NCBI GenBank assembly: GCA_965235115.1 | Contig: OZ249436.1 | Location: 31,808,001 to 31,872,000, forward strand | Direction of reading: 5' to 3' | From: Laetmonice hystrix | Lineage: Eukaryota | Length of the DNA: 64,000 nt | Shown: one piece after another, positions 1 to 13,200 of the stretch | Layout of the letters: each line of letters starts with the position of its first letter | How positions within the stretch are numbered: the first letter of the stretch is position 1 | Translations under genes and position numbers: made by a program | The notes under the pieces: model-generated | Database searches by the model: none | Told to the model about the DNA's origin: nothing | The model's input: the letters and a program-made list of their open reading frames with translations, nothing else

Positions 1-229
1 GACGATGACGGAGCCCCACTCGAGCGGGCGCTGTTACCAGTGTTGGCTTCAGCAAAATAATGGCCTCTCGTCCTTCATTCATTTGTCACTCGAGCAGGGT
101 TTTCACAGGGTTTTTTTTCGAGTATAACGCAACTTATGTTAAGCTTTCTTCTCCGCGTTCATGGGAGAACGCGGAGCCAGCCTCACGGTCACCCCTCCTT
201 GCTCCGGCTTGTCTCGGCACACTTCGCAG

Positions 230-242
230 TTGCCGAGTTGGG
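230..242 (+). CDS. DAZAP1: Candidate DAZAP1 5' exon end (..VAELG|K): 13-nt exon, or 3' end of a first exon with ATG at 136
   Basis: Pyrimidine tract + cgcag|TTGCCGAGTTGGG|gtgagt. The phase-2 end GG joins the first G of 4193 to give ELG-KVF, like DEIG-KLF in DAZAP1. The frame is also open from ATG 136. Confidence 0.55.
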
Positions 243-629
243 GTGAGTGTGACGGTCTTGTGACAGTGTGAGGCTGAGGTTCTTCAAGTTCATGGTCGTG
301 GCGTGTTATGTGGTATCTATATTGGTAACTCATAAGATGATACTATATGAGTAGTTTTGTTGTATTTATTGAGCGTATATATTTTAATAGACATGCTCCA
401 GGCCATATATCGCTGGCGCTGTTTGGGGAAAGGGGGGGGGGGAGGGGGGGACAAGACGATGGTTATGCTTATGGCAAATTATAAAGTCTGAAAGGCCATG
501 ATTATGAACCGGAATCATGATGATGATGAGGTGGAGCAGCCTGGAAAATATTCACTGTGTTGCAACTTGGGCAATAATGCTTCCTTGCCGCCCCCTTTTC
601 GCCCTGGTTGGTACCTATAGTATAGAGTA

Positions 630-753
630 CAGGGGCGGATCTAGGGTCTATATTCAGGGGGGGGGGGTCCTAGGGGGGTCCAGCATAAAAAGGGCAAATC
701 GAGGGGGGAGGGGTCCCTTGTAAAAACAAAAGGCATTTTGGTTATAAAAAATT
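630..753 (+). mobile_element. Truncated copy of the MITE at 39165-39342
   Basis: Shares caggggcggatctagggtctat..ccagcataaaaagggcaaat..ggcattttggttataaaaa with 39165 onward. Confidence 0.75.
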
Positions 754-2979
754 AAAATATAAGAAATTATTTAGAACCTGATGTTCACAAACATACCACA
801 AGTTTAAAGATTGATAACACAAGTTGAAGAGAGTATGAAATTTGGGGTAAGTTGCAGCAGGTTTTACCCTACTGCTAAAACGTGCTACATGTGGAAATTA
901 ATTTTATGACTGAGTCCTGGAAATTTCTCTCAAGTCCTTGAAAAATCCTTGAATAGTGCTTGAGAATTGAGGAGGAACAAGTGTATGAACCTACCAGCCT
1001 CAGTCTCTAAACTCATGAATGAGCCGACATCTGTTATTCTGTAGACTTTGTAGTGCTGCACTGGATTTAAAGGGGCATGACTGCCTCTTGGCACCATTTT
1101 TTTTTTCTCACAGAGCTTTGACCTCTGGATTACACTATTTAAACTAACACTGACGGTGACCTATACTTCCGTGAAATGACAAAAGGAAGCAAGTCCAAAA
1201 GTTCAAGTTTCGAGAAATGGACATTTATATAAAACAAGTGCTTACAGTGCAGTTGGATGGACATGCTTCCTTCTGTCATGTGACTGATAGCTTCATAGAA
1301 GGATGTTTAGCAGAAATACACCCATTGCAGTCCTCGACATTTTAAGCATTTTGATGTACTGGCCCACAGGGCCAGTAGAAAATGAAAGTTACTGGCCCGG
1401 GTAATTGGTCCACTGGCCCGGGTATGGGGGGTCCTTTTTCTGCGTGTCCTTGTAGCAGACGACAAGATCATCAGAGTACATGGCACAAAAAAAGTGAGCG
1501 TCCAGTCCAGTGAATCATAGCAGAAGACAGTCCCACATGCATACGGACGTAAAGTAGCAGCCTGAATTTTGAATGCACACGTTTGACATTACTACGACCT
1601 CAGTGAAAATGGACGGAGCAGAAAAGTACCTACTGATACTACCGCTAAAGATCGCGATTGTGAGAGTATTTGGTGAATATTTGGAGCATTTGAGGAGTAC
1701 AGTGTATTTGATCGTGAGAGAGATTTACGAAAGTTACTGGCCCAGTTGGGCCAGTGATTTACAAAAATTACTGGCCCGGACCATGGAAAGTGTATCTGGC
1801 CGTTTCTGGTGGTGTGGAAAGGTCATGATTGATTCAGGAATTCTATTCTAATCTAACTAAGCAGGGGTTTAAACAATTTTTGGGGAGTTGTAGTAAAGTA
1901 AAGGTCATTATTGCCATCTCTTCATGCTTCTCTGACTTAAAGCAAAGATTGTCCATTTGTCCATTTAATTAGGGGTTGCACATGTACTAAAAAAGGAGAA
2001 CTTATCATGAGGACTTATATTACCACATTCAAGAAAAGTCCCCTTGACAATTTTAGGCAATTTGGGTGACCTTCTCAGTATGAACCTTGGGGAGATCGTT
2101 CGAACTGATGAAAATTCCCCATTTTAACCACCAACAACTGAAGTTGGGTTTCTAATTTTCCCTCTGTCCCAATGTCCATGGACAGTTATTTCTCAGAGGT
2201 GTACGAGTTGTCTCAAGAGTATCAAACTTTATAATCAGGGAAAGTCTGAATATGATGCACTTCAGGCAGATTTTTTATGATCATTCAAAATGGACACTTG
2301 GGGGGCCATCTTAAATTTGAATGTACATGTACCAGTAACTCATTTGGAGAAGTTTTCCTGATAATTTAATAATATTGATTTCTTTCTAACTGAAAGAGAA
2401 GAGGTGAGTGTTTCCTGCAGGATTTCCCCTTTTAGATGGACTACGCTGCTGTGCCCTCAGTTCTTCATAATATTGCAAAATGGCTATTTTAGTATTTACT
2501 GTCAAAATAACCATTTTGCAACTGGTAATTCATCATGTATCTGCCGTTAATCCGTAATACAGACCCACGGCACAGGAAGGATTGAATTATTGAAAAAGAA
2601 GAGACTGAATTAGGCATCACTTTCTACTCGAAATGTGCTCAGAATGCACCCCAGACAACGCGAGGCCATTGAGAAATTATGGGGTCCCAGGACCCCATGT
2701 GTAATGGGGTCCCAGTTGAAAAAATGGGGCCCCAAAATAAACTGAACCAAACATTGTTATATGGTGGGTACAGTCTCTTTGAGAAAATCAATTTTCTGGG
2801 ACTGTGGGAGTGGTTTCACCAAATATTTAAGGGCAGGATTCCACTTTAGTTTAAAGTCACCCATTCCAAAAGTAGGCACGTGTTTCTGTCAAAGGTAGCG
2901 TTTTTGAGATTACCTGATCCTATTACAAATTCTTTTCAACTATGACGGTATACACAAGTATGCACCTTTACCCTTGCAA

Positions 2980-3225
2980 CCCTCCCCCCCCCCCCCCCCC
3001 CTGCAAGCTACCGGGACCTCCCCGCCGACCCTCGCCTCCTCCCCAATCCTGCCCAACTGCCGCCCACCCTGGTCTCCTCCCCCCCCCCCCCCTGCCGCTC
3101 GACTGCCGGGACATGCCCGCACGCCCTTGCCTCCTCCCCAATCCTGCCCGACTTCCAGGACATCCCCACCCAACGTTGCCTCCTCCCTGTCCTGCCGACT
3201 CCCAGGACAACCCCGCCACCCTGGC
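2980..3225. repeat. C-rich degenerate tandem repeat
   Basis: Recurring cctcctccccaatcctgccc units with poly-C tracts; explains the stacked spurious ORFs here. Confidence 0.7.
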
Positions 3226-4192
3226 TGCCACAACGGCCAGGCCAAGCAAAACGCCGTGGCGCTAACGAGGTCCATTCAATGCGTACATGGGACGCGCCAG
3301 CTTCTTCATTTTTGCGTCCCCGCAATTTCATTGCGTAAATTGATACGGGCGTCGTAAGCGCAAACCCGGAATATTCACTTAATTTTATTTTTTTTCTAGA
3401 TCCCCCCCTCTCAACTCCCTCACGCACCTACCTCCTTGTGCGTGCCTCCAGCATGGGGCTGAATGTTGCTACGCCAAAAAAATTGATAATGTTGGCAGGT
3501 CTGGTTTCGCCATATTTGCAAACCTTTAGGCCTAAGGATATGTACATGCTGCCGCATATCCAAAGCCAAAGATGGCTCTTGCAATAAGGGCCTTTATTTC
3601 TGTGTCCTATGTTATTCCCTCCAAGATGCCAGCAGCGCAATGTACCATATCATACCTTTTCCTTACTGTGGAACATGAAATATATGAAAATTGTTATCAA
3701 ACAAAATTACTTTAAAATGTCCAAATAAAAGAATATACACCTTTGTACCTAATAGTAATACGATGCTGGCAGAAAAGTACACAGGATTTTTAAATACACA
3801 AACATAGAATTGCACCTGGCTGTATGTCCAAATTGCCCTGCATTTCTTCAGAATTCGGACTTCAGGGTGTTTTATCAAAAGTTGCATGCCTTGCCTCTTG
3901 TTTGTGTGGTTTTTATTTTGTTTGTGTGAATCATACCCCCCAAAAAGCATTTCTCTGGCCATTTCTATAGTCTTTTAGTTACCCAAGAAATTTCACAGAC
4001 ACTGAATTATCTTAAAGAATTTAACCAGTGGTGTATCTGGACCTTCATGCTTGCAAGAAAATTGATTCATAATTTTATGCATAGATATATCTATTTAAAA
4101 TAACGATCAAACATTTTATTCCCAAATCTGTGAAAATTGATTTGATGCTGATTTCCTGCAGTTTTTATCATGTATTTTCTTTTTGTTGTTAG

Positions 4193-4233
4193 GAAAGTAT
4201 TCATTGGTGGACTCAGCTGGGAAACAACTACAG
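4193..4233 (+). CDS. DAZAP1: DAZAP1 RRM1 RNP2 exon, copy a (KVFIGGLSWETTT)
   Basis: ttgttag|G..ACAG|gtgggt, 41 nt, phase 2 to 1. Confidence 0.9.
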
Positions 4234-7200
4234 GTGGGTATCTTATACTGTGGAACTATGTCAAATATATTACATTTTGTGCTTGGCAGGAAAGTCTTTG
4301 TTGGTGGACTATGCTGGGAAACTACCAATGGTATGTGATGAAACGATGATGTGTTATCTTACTGTTTGCTGTTGCAAAAGTTTTAAATTTAAAGGAGTGC
4401 CGATGTTCAAGATGTTTCAAATACTTTTCATGCTCCTTTTAGTTTTTCACCCTGTTTAAGGTCATGATCAATTAAATGTTAGTTTGAACTGAAGTTACAA
4501 AAATATTACCTATTGCTGCTTTAAAAAGTTCAGTTTGTATGTTTAAATAAATGGCAGATCTATGCAGGTCATGATGAGTTGACCGTCTGGTCCGATTCGG
4601 TGATATTACTCTGGTAGTAGAGGGAGTCGAGGTTTTTTGTTATTTTGTATTGTATGCAGCCGTTTTCCTATACCAGGAAGTTGGCCCTGTTTATTTTGTT
4701 AGACCGTGCTTCCATAGACATAGCAGTAGATGGGGAAACATACACAAACAGTGTAACATTGGTCAGATGGGGAGTGCATGTATGTACATCGTGTGTATGA
4801 GGTGTTGAGAGGATGGAGAGTATGTGTATTGTCACCATTACATACACACACGTGTGTTGTGAAAGCGGGTGTTGGGGCAGGGAGAGCTGTCCAAGGTCAG
4901 ACTGTAACCACCAAGGCACGTGACCTTACAGAAATACTGTGGTCATTAGTCCTCCAATGACTGACTGTGGAGTCGCTGAACATAGATCTGTGATTTGCTG
5001 TGGAAGTAACCTGTGATGTTTTTTCTAGGGGGTGGAACAGTAGGAACCTGATGAAGTCTGATAATAGGCCCCTACGAAGCGTAGCTTTTATCTTCACACT
5101 CACATGTGCGCATGGCCGGGTGCAGACCAATTCCCCACACACTGGCAGTGGACCTCTGTCCTAACAGCCTATTTCCAAATCTCATTACCCATTATATTAC
5201 GTGGAGGTTACTGGGCACACTCTGACATTTATAAATAATGCCAAACTCGTGGCACGAATACGGCATGTTGTAGTGTAGTACAGCATGGAGCCATTGGAGG
5301 GACCGTAAAGTCTAGTAAGTCCAGACCGAATGCAAGCTCAGGTTCATCCATGGCCTTACTCCAGTGGATAGGTCGCATCCTTTAAACGTTAGGGCAATGA
5401 TGTACATTGTGGTCTGTGAGTGACGTTAGGGTAAGGGGATCCAGGGAGCAGGGCTTGCCGTCCGGCCGTCCCACTGACCCCACCGGATCTGGTGGGAAAG
5501 CCGATGCTGTCTGAGCGGATACTACAGCTTGTGCCCACCAGCCAGGCACTTCACATAGGGGGCCGTGTACTTCCTAGGTCCTGGTGAACATGGCCGGCCA
5601 TATCCTTGTCACTGACATTGACACTTGGCCCACAGACACTCACTTTGTAATCAATCGTATGCGTTATATATTCAAAATAGAAAGTTTATAATCGGCATGG
5701 TCCCTATTCAAAGTTACATTAGTTGGATGCTTTTATTTATCTTTATGTGGCACCGATAGAAACCGCTGGCATTGAGTATCGCGTAATGGTGGTGTAAAGT
5801 TTGTTCCCTGCTGATAGACCCATATAGTTGAGATATTTTACCAATTGAAGTTCACACAGGGCAAGATATGCCCCCAGCATGTGGTAGAGAGCATTTGATA
5901 AGGAGCCCAGACCCGCCTCCCCCATTGGCCCCACGCCCCCCTCCCCGCCCCTACCCCGCCCCCAGCTCCCACCCCCTGGTTCATGCATCAGTTCCTGGCA
6001 GGCCCATGTTGAGACATGCCACCCTTATACAGTGATACTTGCAGCAAACAGTCGGGTCAACTGTTGACTAGTGTTAGTCCCTCCTCCCCTTGTCACCCAC
6101 ATGTGGGTCAGATCAACACATACGGCTCTCCCTCAGCACTGATAGCGATACAATACAGAAACCGGTCACAGGGGTCGCATGCACACAATGCCCTCCCTTA
6201 ATTTGATCCATCCACCAGAAAAGCCCCGACTAATGTGGGTGTTCATTAAGCACCATGTGTCATTGCCAAGCCAGGTCCTGATATCAGGTGCTTCTCCCAC
6301 CCCACTTTGGAAACAAAGAATAGCACAATGGGTTCTCATGAAACAGAACACTTTTAGATGAAAAACCGCTCCCACGTGTATAATCGTACTGTTGACATGA
6401 GGAATTCCTGATACCATTGCAACTAACTTCATCTGGTTGCCATGACACTGAGGAGCAGTTGGTTTTTAAAAATATACTTTAGTAACTGCGTTATTTAACC
6501 TCATCTTTGTTTATACTTATTGATAATTATAACAATAGTAGTATATCATGGTATATGCCCTAGTCATGTAAATAGGGTACATTAGAATATCGTATACATA
6601 TGAACTTATAATGAAGTACCACTGATATACATCCATGCATATTTGTAGTATTATTAATTAGCAAAGTTTGAATTTCAGAGTATAGGCACATTACATTTGG
6701 CACACTTGAAAAATCGAAACTTTCCGTCTATGGAGAAACTAGAACTTACTTTTATTGATGTGAATTGTAATTTATGGTTATATTGAAATGTATTCTACTG
6801 ACCCTGAAACAGTAGTGTCTTTACTCTAGAGGCACACAAAATTAATGTCTTCCCCTGCTGGCCCCCACCATAGGTGTGCCTTACTTACCTTTTAAAAAGA
6901 GCATACAGTTTGGTTCAAACTGCATTTTATAATCAAACCTTTTCTATGGAGCTTTAAACCTTCCGATCGGCCTACCGTATTCACCAGGCCCATGTATAAT
7001 AATTGACGGACATACAGGTTCTTTCTCATGGTACAATATGGATCTTCCTGTATTTACAGTATTGGACCGCTTTCATAGCTTTCACAGTTACGCATCAGTA
7101 GACATAATTACATTTATGTTGATTATACTATAGCCCTACATCCATAAATTTTAAATCGGTCTGCAGTAATGAATTATGTCTTGTATGGCTAGGAGGTCCA

Positions 7201-10200
7201 TGCGAGTCCAGCTGGTGCTCTTGTTGTATGGCGACACTGAACATTTGGGTTCTAACAGTAACCTAGAAGAGACCATCGTTTACTAAATTCTGCTTTTGTA
7301 GAGTTAGTGACTTACTATAATAGTAACATATGTTATGCACTAAGTTAGAGCAGATTCCTGCATAGCCTAACTTTCATTGCACCAGTGTGGCAATTGCTGA
7401 TTACAGCAACGTGGCTGGTTCCCTTTGCTGGAACGTTGGTTTAGGAAGGGAACAGCTGGGGTTGATTTGTTACCAGAAGGATGTGTTCAGTTTGACATGC
7501 CGGTACCGGTACTTGTGGTTATGAGGACCTGTTCTGCTCTTTGACAAGATCCGTGTCCTCATGTCCTTGTCTATGTCCGGGGTATGCAGGAACTGGTGTT
7601 TGTTTGCATGTGTTTCTCTTCCCTTGAGTAAACCTTTCAAGGCATGTTCACACGATGTCCTGATATATATCTTTACTAAATTGAGAAAAATATGTTCCAC
7701 GGGTTTTATGTTAATGGGGTCAGGATTCATGCTAGTTAATGTAAAACTGGAAGAGGGATGGGATGTGACTGTCATGAAATTTGCAGTGTACCTATATCCT
7801 TGTAAATATATATTAAACGTATTTTAGGCTGTCGGTATCGTGTTCGTAGGTGGGGACTGCTGACAAAGTGTTAAAACAAAATTATTTTTACAAACGTCTA
7901 ACTCTTGAAGCTTCAGATAACTAATTACTGGTATAAGTCAGGCATTTCCTGTCATCCCTGGAAATTCTAAGGTAGTTCTCTTTTATACTGTCGTTTCAGC
8001 ACTTAGACTGATGCAGTTGACTGGATTCTGAGGAGATTAAAGAATTCTATTCCTACCGTTCGGGGCGCATCTGGTCAGGAATTGACAGTGCACACAACAT
8101 GTTATTTACATAGCATAAAGCAAATAGTACCCCGGTACATGTTTTGGTTTTGTGTGATTTTGCTTAATTTCAGGTAATGTTTTTTCAAAGAAGCTCAAGA
8201 CTGATCGACAGTGCCAGAGAAAGTATAATATAAAACGTGTTGTTTGTTTCTTGTTTCAGAATCAATGCTTCAATACTTCAGTCGGTATGGAGAGGTGATA
8301 GACTGTGTTGTGATGAAAAACCAGCAGACAGGAAAGTCACGAGGGTTTGGTTTTGTAAAGTACCGTGATCCAAGCTGTGTATCAACTGTACTTGCCTCTG
8401 GACCACACATCCTTGATGGCAGACAGGTAATGCTCCACACTTGAAGTTACTCAATAATGATGTTATGTGAATTGTAAAAGGGTCCTTGGTTGTTCAGTTC
8501 ACGTAGGATACTACCTCGATCTACTATCAAATGTGGTCTCTAGATTAGGTCTACCAGTAGAATATCAAGCTGGATGATAAATTACATTTAGAAATGATTA
8601 TAAATGAAATTTTAATTACCATCCCGAAGGGATTAGCACATAGAGGTGTCATGTGGGAGATAGACTAGGGATTGGGTGTCAATCACACAGGCCCCATATG
8701 CTGGTAGTAGATGAACGGGTGATTCAGAGCTACCAGACGGTGTCAGATAGCGGTAATTACTCCCCACATCATAGATACCGCCTGCTGAAAGTATTTTAAG
8801 ATAGAATTCATTTGATAAATACGCAGTGTATAACGGTAGAGTATTGTAGGGAAATCTTGAAACTACTACAGGTACAGCATTAGCTGATGTATTGTTTTCA
8901 TGGGCCAAGTCCAAATGATTGTCAGTAAATACTATAAAGTTCACAAATGTCAGCCTTTAATCTTCGATTAGTTGACTGCATACCATTTAATGAACCTTTT
9001 TATTAGCGCAACAAAAATAAAATGTGAACTTAGTGACTGTGTGAAATGACTTTTAAAATGGGCTGGCACACGTGCTCCTGGAGTCACATCAGTGTGGTGA
9101 TAGTGTGAATATGCACCGTCATAGATGCTGGTGTGGAAGTAATTATTTGGAAGTAATTTTTATGGCAAATGTAAATATAGCCGTGGACCTGCCCTGAGGG
9201 TTGTCTGTTCTGTTGACTGGCTCTTGCGTGCTTCATGCGGGCTCCCCCATGACAAACACCCACCCACCCCTGGCCCTCATAACTGTCATGGAAACTTCAG
9301 TCCATTCACAACTATGGGGCTGAAGTCACAGCACTCTGATGACTTAATACTTGGCAAATGCAGCTTTTGTACCAACTTGCCAACAAGGGATATGACCCAT
9401 TTAGCCCGCAATGGGTATGTCTGTATAGGCCTGCGCAATAAGTAACAGGGCTTCAGTAGATTGGTTATTGTTACGGGAGAGCAGGGTTATCAGCTCGACC
9501 CCGTCATGTGTTTCATTTTCAGATACAGTAGAAGCAGAAGTCTGAAGAATGTTCATTTTACGAGTAACCATATAAGTTTCCTTTGAAATTGGTTTTCGAG
9601 CCGTCAGGCATCACCCTTATCCTTATCAGAAACACGTCTATGCACATTTATACCTTTTTTTCTTCTATGTAATCCAAACTGAAAATTGAAACATTACCAA
9701 CAATTCTCCCTGTCCCCTTGTGTAATTGTCTGCGGCAAGATTATCGTACTGTGAATCAATGATGTTCAGAAGTAATAAGAAGATTATGGTACTGTGAATC
9801 AATGACGTTCAGAAGTAATAAGAAGATTATCGTACTGTGAATCAATGAAGTTCAGCAGTAACCCTGAGTCACCAAAGTTCGTTTCATCACACTAGTATGA
9901 ATATACAAGAAGTCTACAGAATGCTAACATGGGTCCTGTTACTATACTTCGTTTTAGTTCCAATGTTATCAAACAGATTTAGGTTTCTGGGACATGTCTG
10001 ATAGGATATAGTTGTATGGTACTCGTCGTATGGCCGTGCTCTGGCCTGGGACATTCACCAGCACCCTTCAATTACTTGTAACTGCAGTTACTCCTCTCTT
10101 CACTATAGCAAAACTTTCCATTGGCATTATTCGTGGAAAATATCGGTGGAAAATATTGGCTGATACATATCAATTAACAATTTAGTAAATTGAAATTTGG

Positions 10201-13200
10201 CTCAGGTTACGCGTTTTTATGTGAATTTGGCTCAGGTTATGTGTTTTTTCTAATAAGAGAAGATCTTGGGGCAGCCAAGCTAAACAGTGATGTGGGTTTA
10301 AACCTTATGAAACCAGGACGAACGTCAATTACAATATGGGCTGTGTTTATATGATATTGTATGGTTTCAGTTATACGTGCCTGCTCTTTTTCAGATTGAT
10401 CCAAAGGCATGTAATCCAAGGTGTCAAAATAAAGTAAGTGCTGTAAGTTAGCGACTACATTACTTCTGTTTTAGTATTTATTGAAGTTCACTTATACACA
10501 GCTTTGGTCACATTATCTGGTGACTTCAGATAATGTAGACAAAATGTGACACTTCTAATATTCTGTTTACTAAGTATTCCATTTGTCTTCCTCAGGGTAC
10601 AAGTAAAAGCCAAGACCAGAAGAATAGGAACAAAATCTTTTTGGGCGGTCTCCCATCTAATTGCACAGAGTCGCAGCTCATGGATGTGTTTGGTCAGTTT
10701 GGAAAGGTATGCAGCTTTGTAGCGCTTTTTCAGTGACTAGAGCTGGATAAACTAGAGCTGGATAACCAGCTGGAGCTGGTTCAATAAAGACAGATCAAGA
10801 GGTTTTAACTTTGCTAAGTGCCAGCAAATATACACATCACATATTGCAATGTTGGGCTGATCAGCATCCTCCGGAGGCATTATTTCCTTGTTCTGTTAAA
10901 CGGTTAATATATTAGACAATGCACCAATATTAGCCCATCTAATGTTGTTTTCACCCCTTTGACAATAGGTAAATGATATTACAATCATGTGGGACCAGGA
11001 GAAACAGAAACCAAGAGGTGAGTGTGTGCCATCTTTCTGGTTAGTTCTCAAACCCATCCCCAGTACAAGGGTGATGTGAACTGAAGTGCCCTGCCTGTAA
11101 CGCTAAGCCAACTCACAGAAAAGATCGTCAGATCTGGATGTGTAATGGTAGTGCCCCTTTCAAGTAACCATTGGAGTACATGCATCACTCCAGCTTCCGT
11201 GGCTGTCTAGATCACTTCTTTTTAGATAGACACCCAAATGTGTCACTTCCTTGCTGTAATCAACCAATCAGAATACTGGCGTGTAAACATCAATAGGCTC
11301 TGATAAGATAAGTCATGTGCGAATCTAGCCATAATGCAGCACCATAGTTTTATGGTTATTTGCAGTGGATTTATAATCTAAGTGCACTCGACTACTGTAG
11401 ATCTAGTAAGCTACTAATATCTGAAGACGGTAGTGGATGTTGGTGCTGACTGTTGTACTGTGTACAGTTAACTATAACAGTGCCCGCTGCAGCGGAGAGA
11501 CGGCACGACATACAACTGCCTTGTTGGGGCTCACAGTACTCTGCTTTTTAGAGTAAGCTGTCCAACGGTTGTTGCATAATAGGCACAAAGCCACCTCCAC
11601 CCTATGTGTGTCCAAAAGGTCAATCAATCTTATTCCTGTTGTCAAAGTTGTGTGTAACATATTACATAATGATTAATTGATGCCGTCATGTTTTAAGGAT
11701 CTTAGATATATACCTGTTTGTACAGCTTTGGACATTATAGTAATTATACTGTAAGTAGAAATCAGTTGTATCTAATAATTCTTAATTTTTTGTTTAATGT
11801 TAGCATGCAGTGATGTTTGAACAAAGAGCAACTGGAAAATACAAATATTTTAAATTATTTGTCATAAATTTATTTAGTGATTTGAAATCTATATGATGCC
11901 TGGCAGATCATTGAGCTGATAAGTTTTCCAAAGTTAAGATCCACCTTTTGATATTGTTACAAATAGCCTGCCCATTAATAAAAAAAAAACGTAATGCTGC
12001 CTCTGGTTTCCGTCATCCCATCTCCCCCCCCCCCCACCTCTCCCCTTCATCAACCAATACTGAATGAGAACAGCACTGTTGCCAGGTTTCATGTGGGTTT
12101 GATATTATGTATAATGTTTTATCCGTGAACCACTGTGGCACTGAACACCTCCCAACCCCCCTACCAACTCGGTATTGACCTGTCCAGCCCACTTATTGAC
12201 TCTGAGTGTTGTCCCATCGCCGTTGACATATTGATTAACTCAAAGTCCAGGTTAGTCTTATGATGGGAGCTTCGGTCAAGAACCAGCAGGAGGGGGCCCA
12301 CCAACCTCTAGTACATTTGTATGCTCGCCATAGTAAGTAAGGTAACAGGATTCAGCATAGGATATTGATTATTGATAGTGTTTGAAAAAGGTGAACTTAG
12401 GGGAGGCAAACGTTTCTTTTGATTCCTCATTTCATGAGATTGACATCCATGGCAAGTTTCTGACTTGAGGATTGACCTTGCTACCCAGAGTTGGCAGGAG
12501 ATGTTCCTCTTCTAAGTGACCACTTGATAATCTGATTCATATCGCTTGGTCTCAAACAGGTATAACTTGACCTACTTGGGGTGCAGTAAGTTACAAGTTA
12601 ATAGGCCTGAATCATACTTGATGAATTGTTTTTTCGACATGGTGTAGCCTCTTTCTCTCAGGATAGACATGAGTTGGCCAATTCAATCTACATAATCTTG
12701 ATAAAGCTAGACAAGGGGGCGGTTCCAGTATCATATGCCATATATTTAAATGGTACTTCTCAAAGTCAGTCTGACCACTGATAAATACTAGCATAATGAT
12801 CTTCATGTCCATTCTGCTGTAAAAACTTCATATGAAGTGTCAATATCATATCTGGTCCTCGTCATGCGATTACATTCTTGGCCTTAGGAGCAGGCTAAGC
12901 CAACTCCTGGCTATTGGCATGACGACATGGTAGCGATAAGCAGTACACACCCCCTGAAAACTGGAACATGTTTGTGCACTGTTATCTGTAGACTTTGATA
13001 TCTAAAATGGCCTTATCAGGAGTGAAACGGACTGGCCTAGTTTCTATTCGTATTTTAGTTTCTGTAGATATGAACAGGTGTTAAATCCATGCATTACGGG
13101 TACATGAAATCCCCTTGTATAGAAGCCCCTACTCTGGAGTGTACAAGGTCCCAGACCATCTTAAATCTGTAGTTTTTAACCATGATTTATGTTCGCCCAT

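Noticed and set aside
498..530. ATG..MNRNHDDDE as DAZAP1 first exon
   Set aside because: Weak donor (gtggag) and phase 0, incompatible with the phase-2 start of the RNP2 exon.
2940..3427. Stack of Pro/Gly-rich ORFs on both strands
   Set aside because: Produced by C/G homopolymer repeats in a DAZAP1 intron; no domain or splice support.
4571..4625. Intronic C/D snoRNA (ATGATGA)
   Set aside because: No matching D box or terminal stem found.
4677..4800. Third RNP2 exon copy (ag|GAAGTTG..)
   Set aside because: Similarity ends after two codons; no GGL motif or 41-nt donor.
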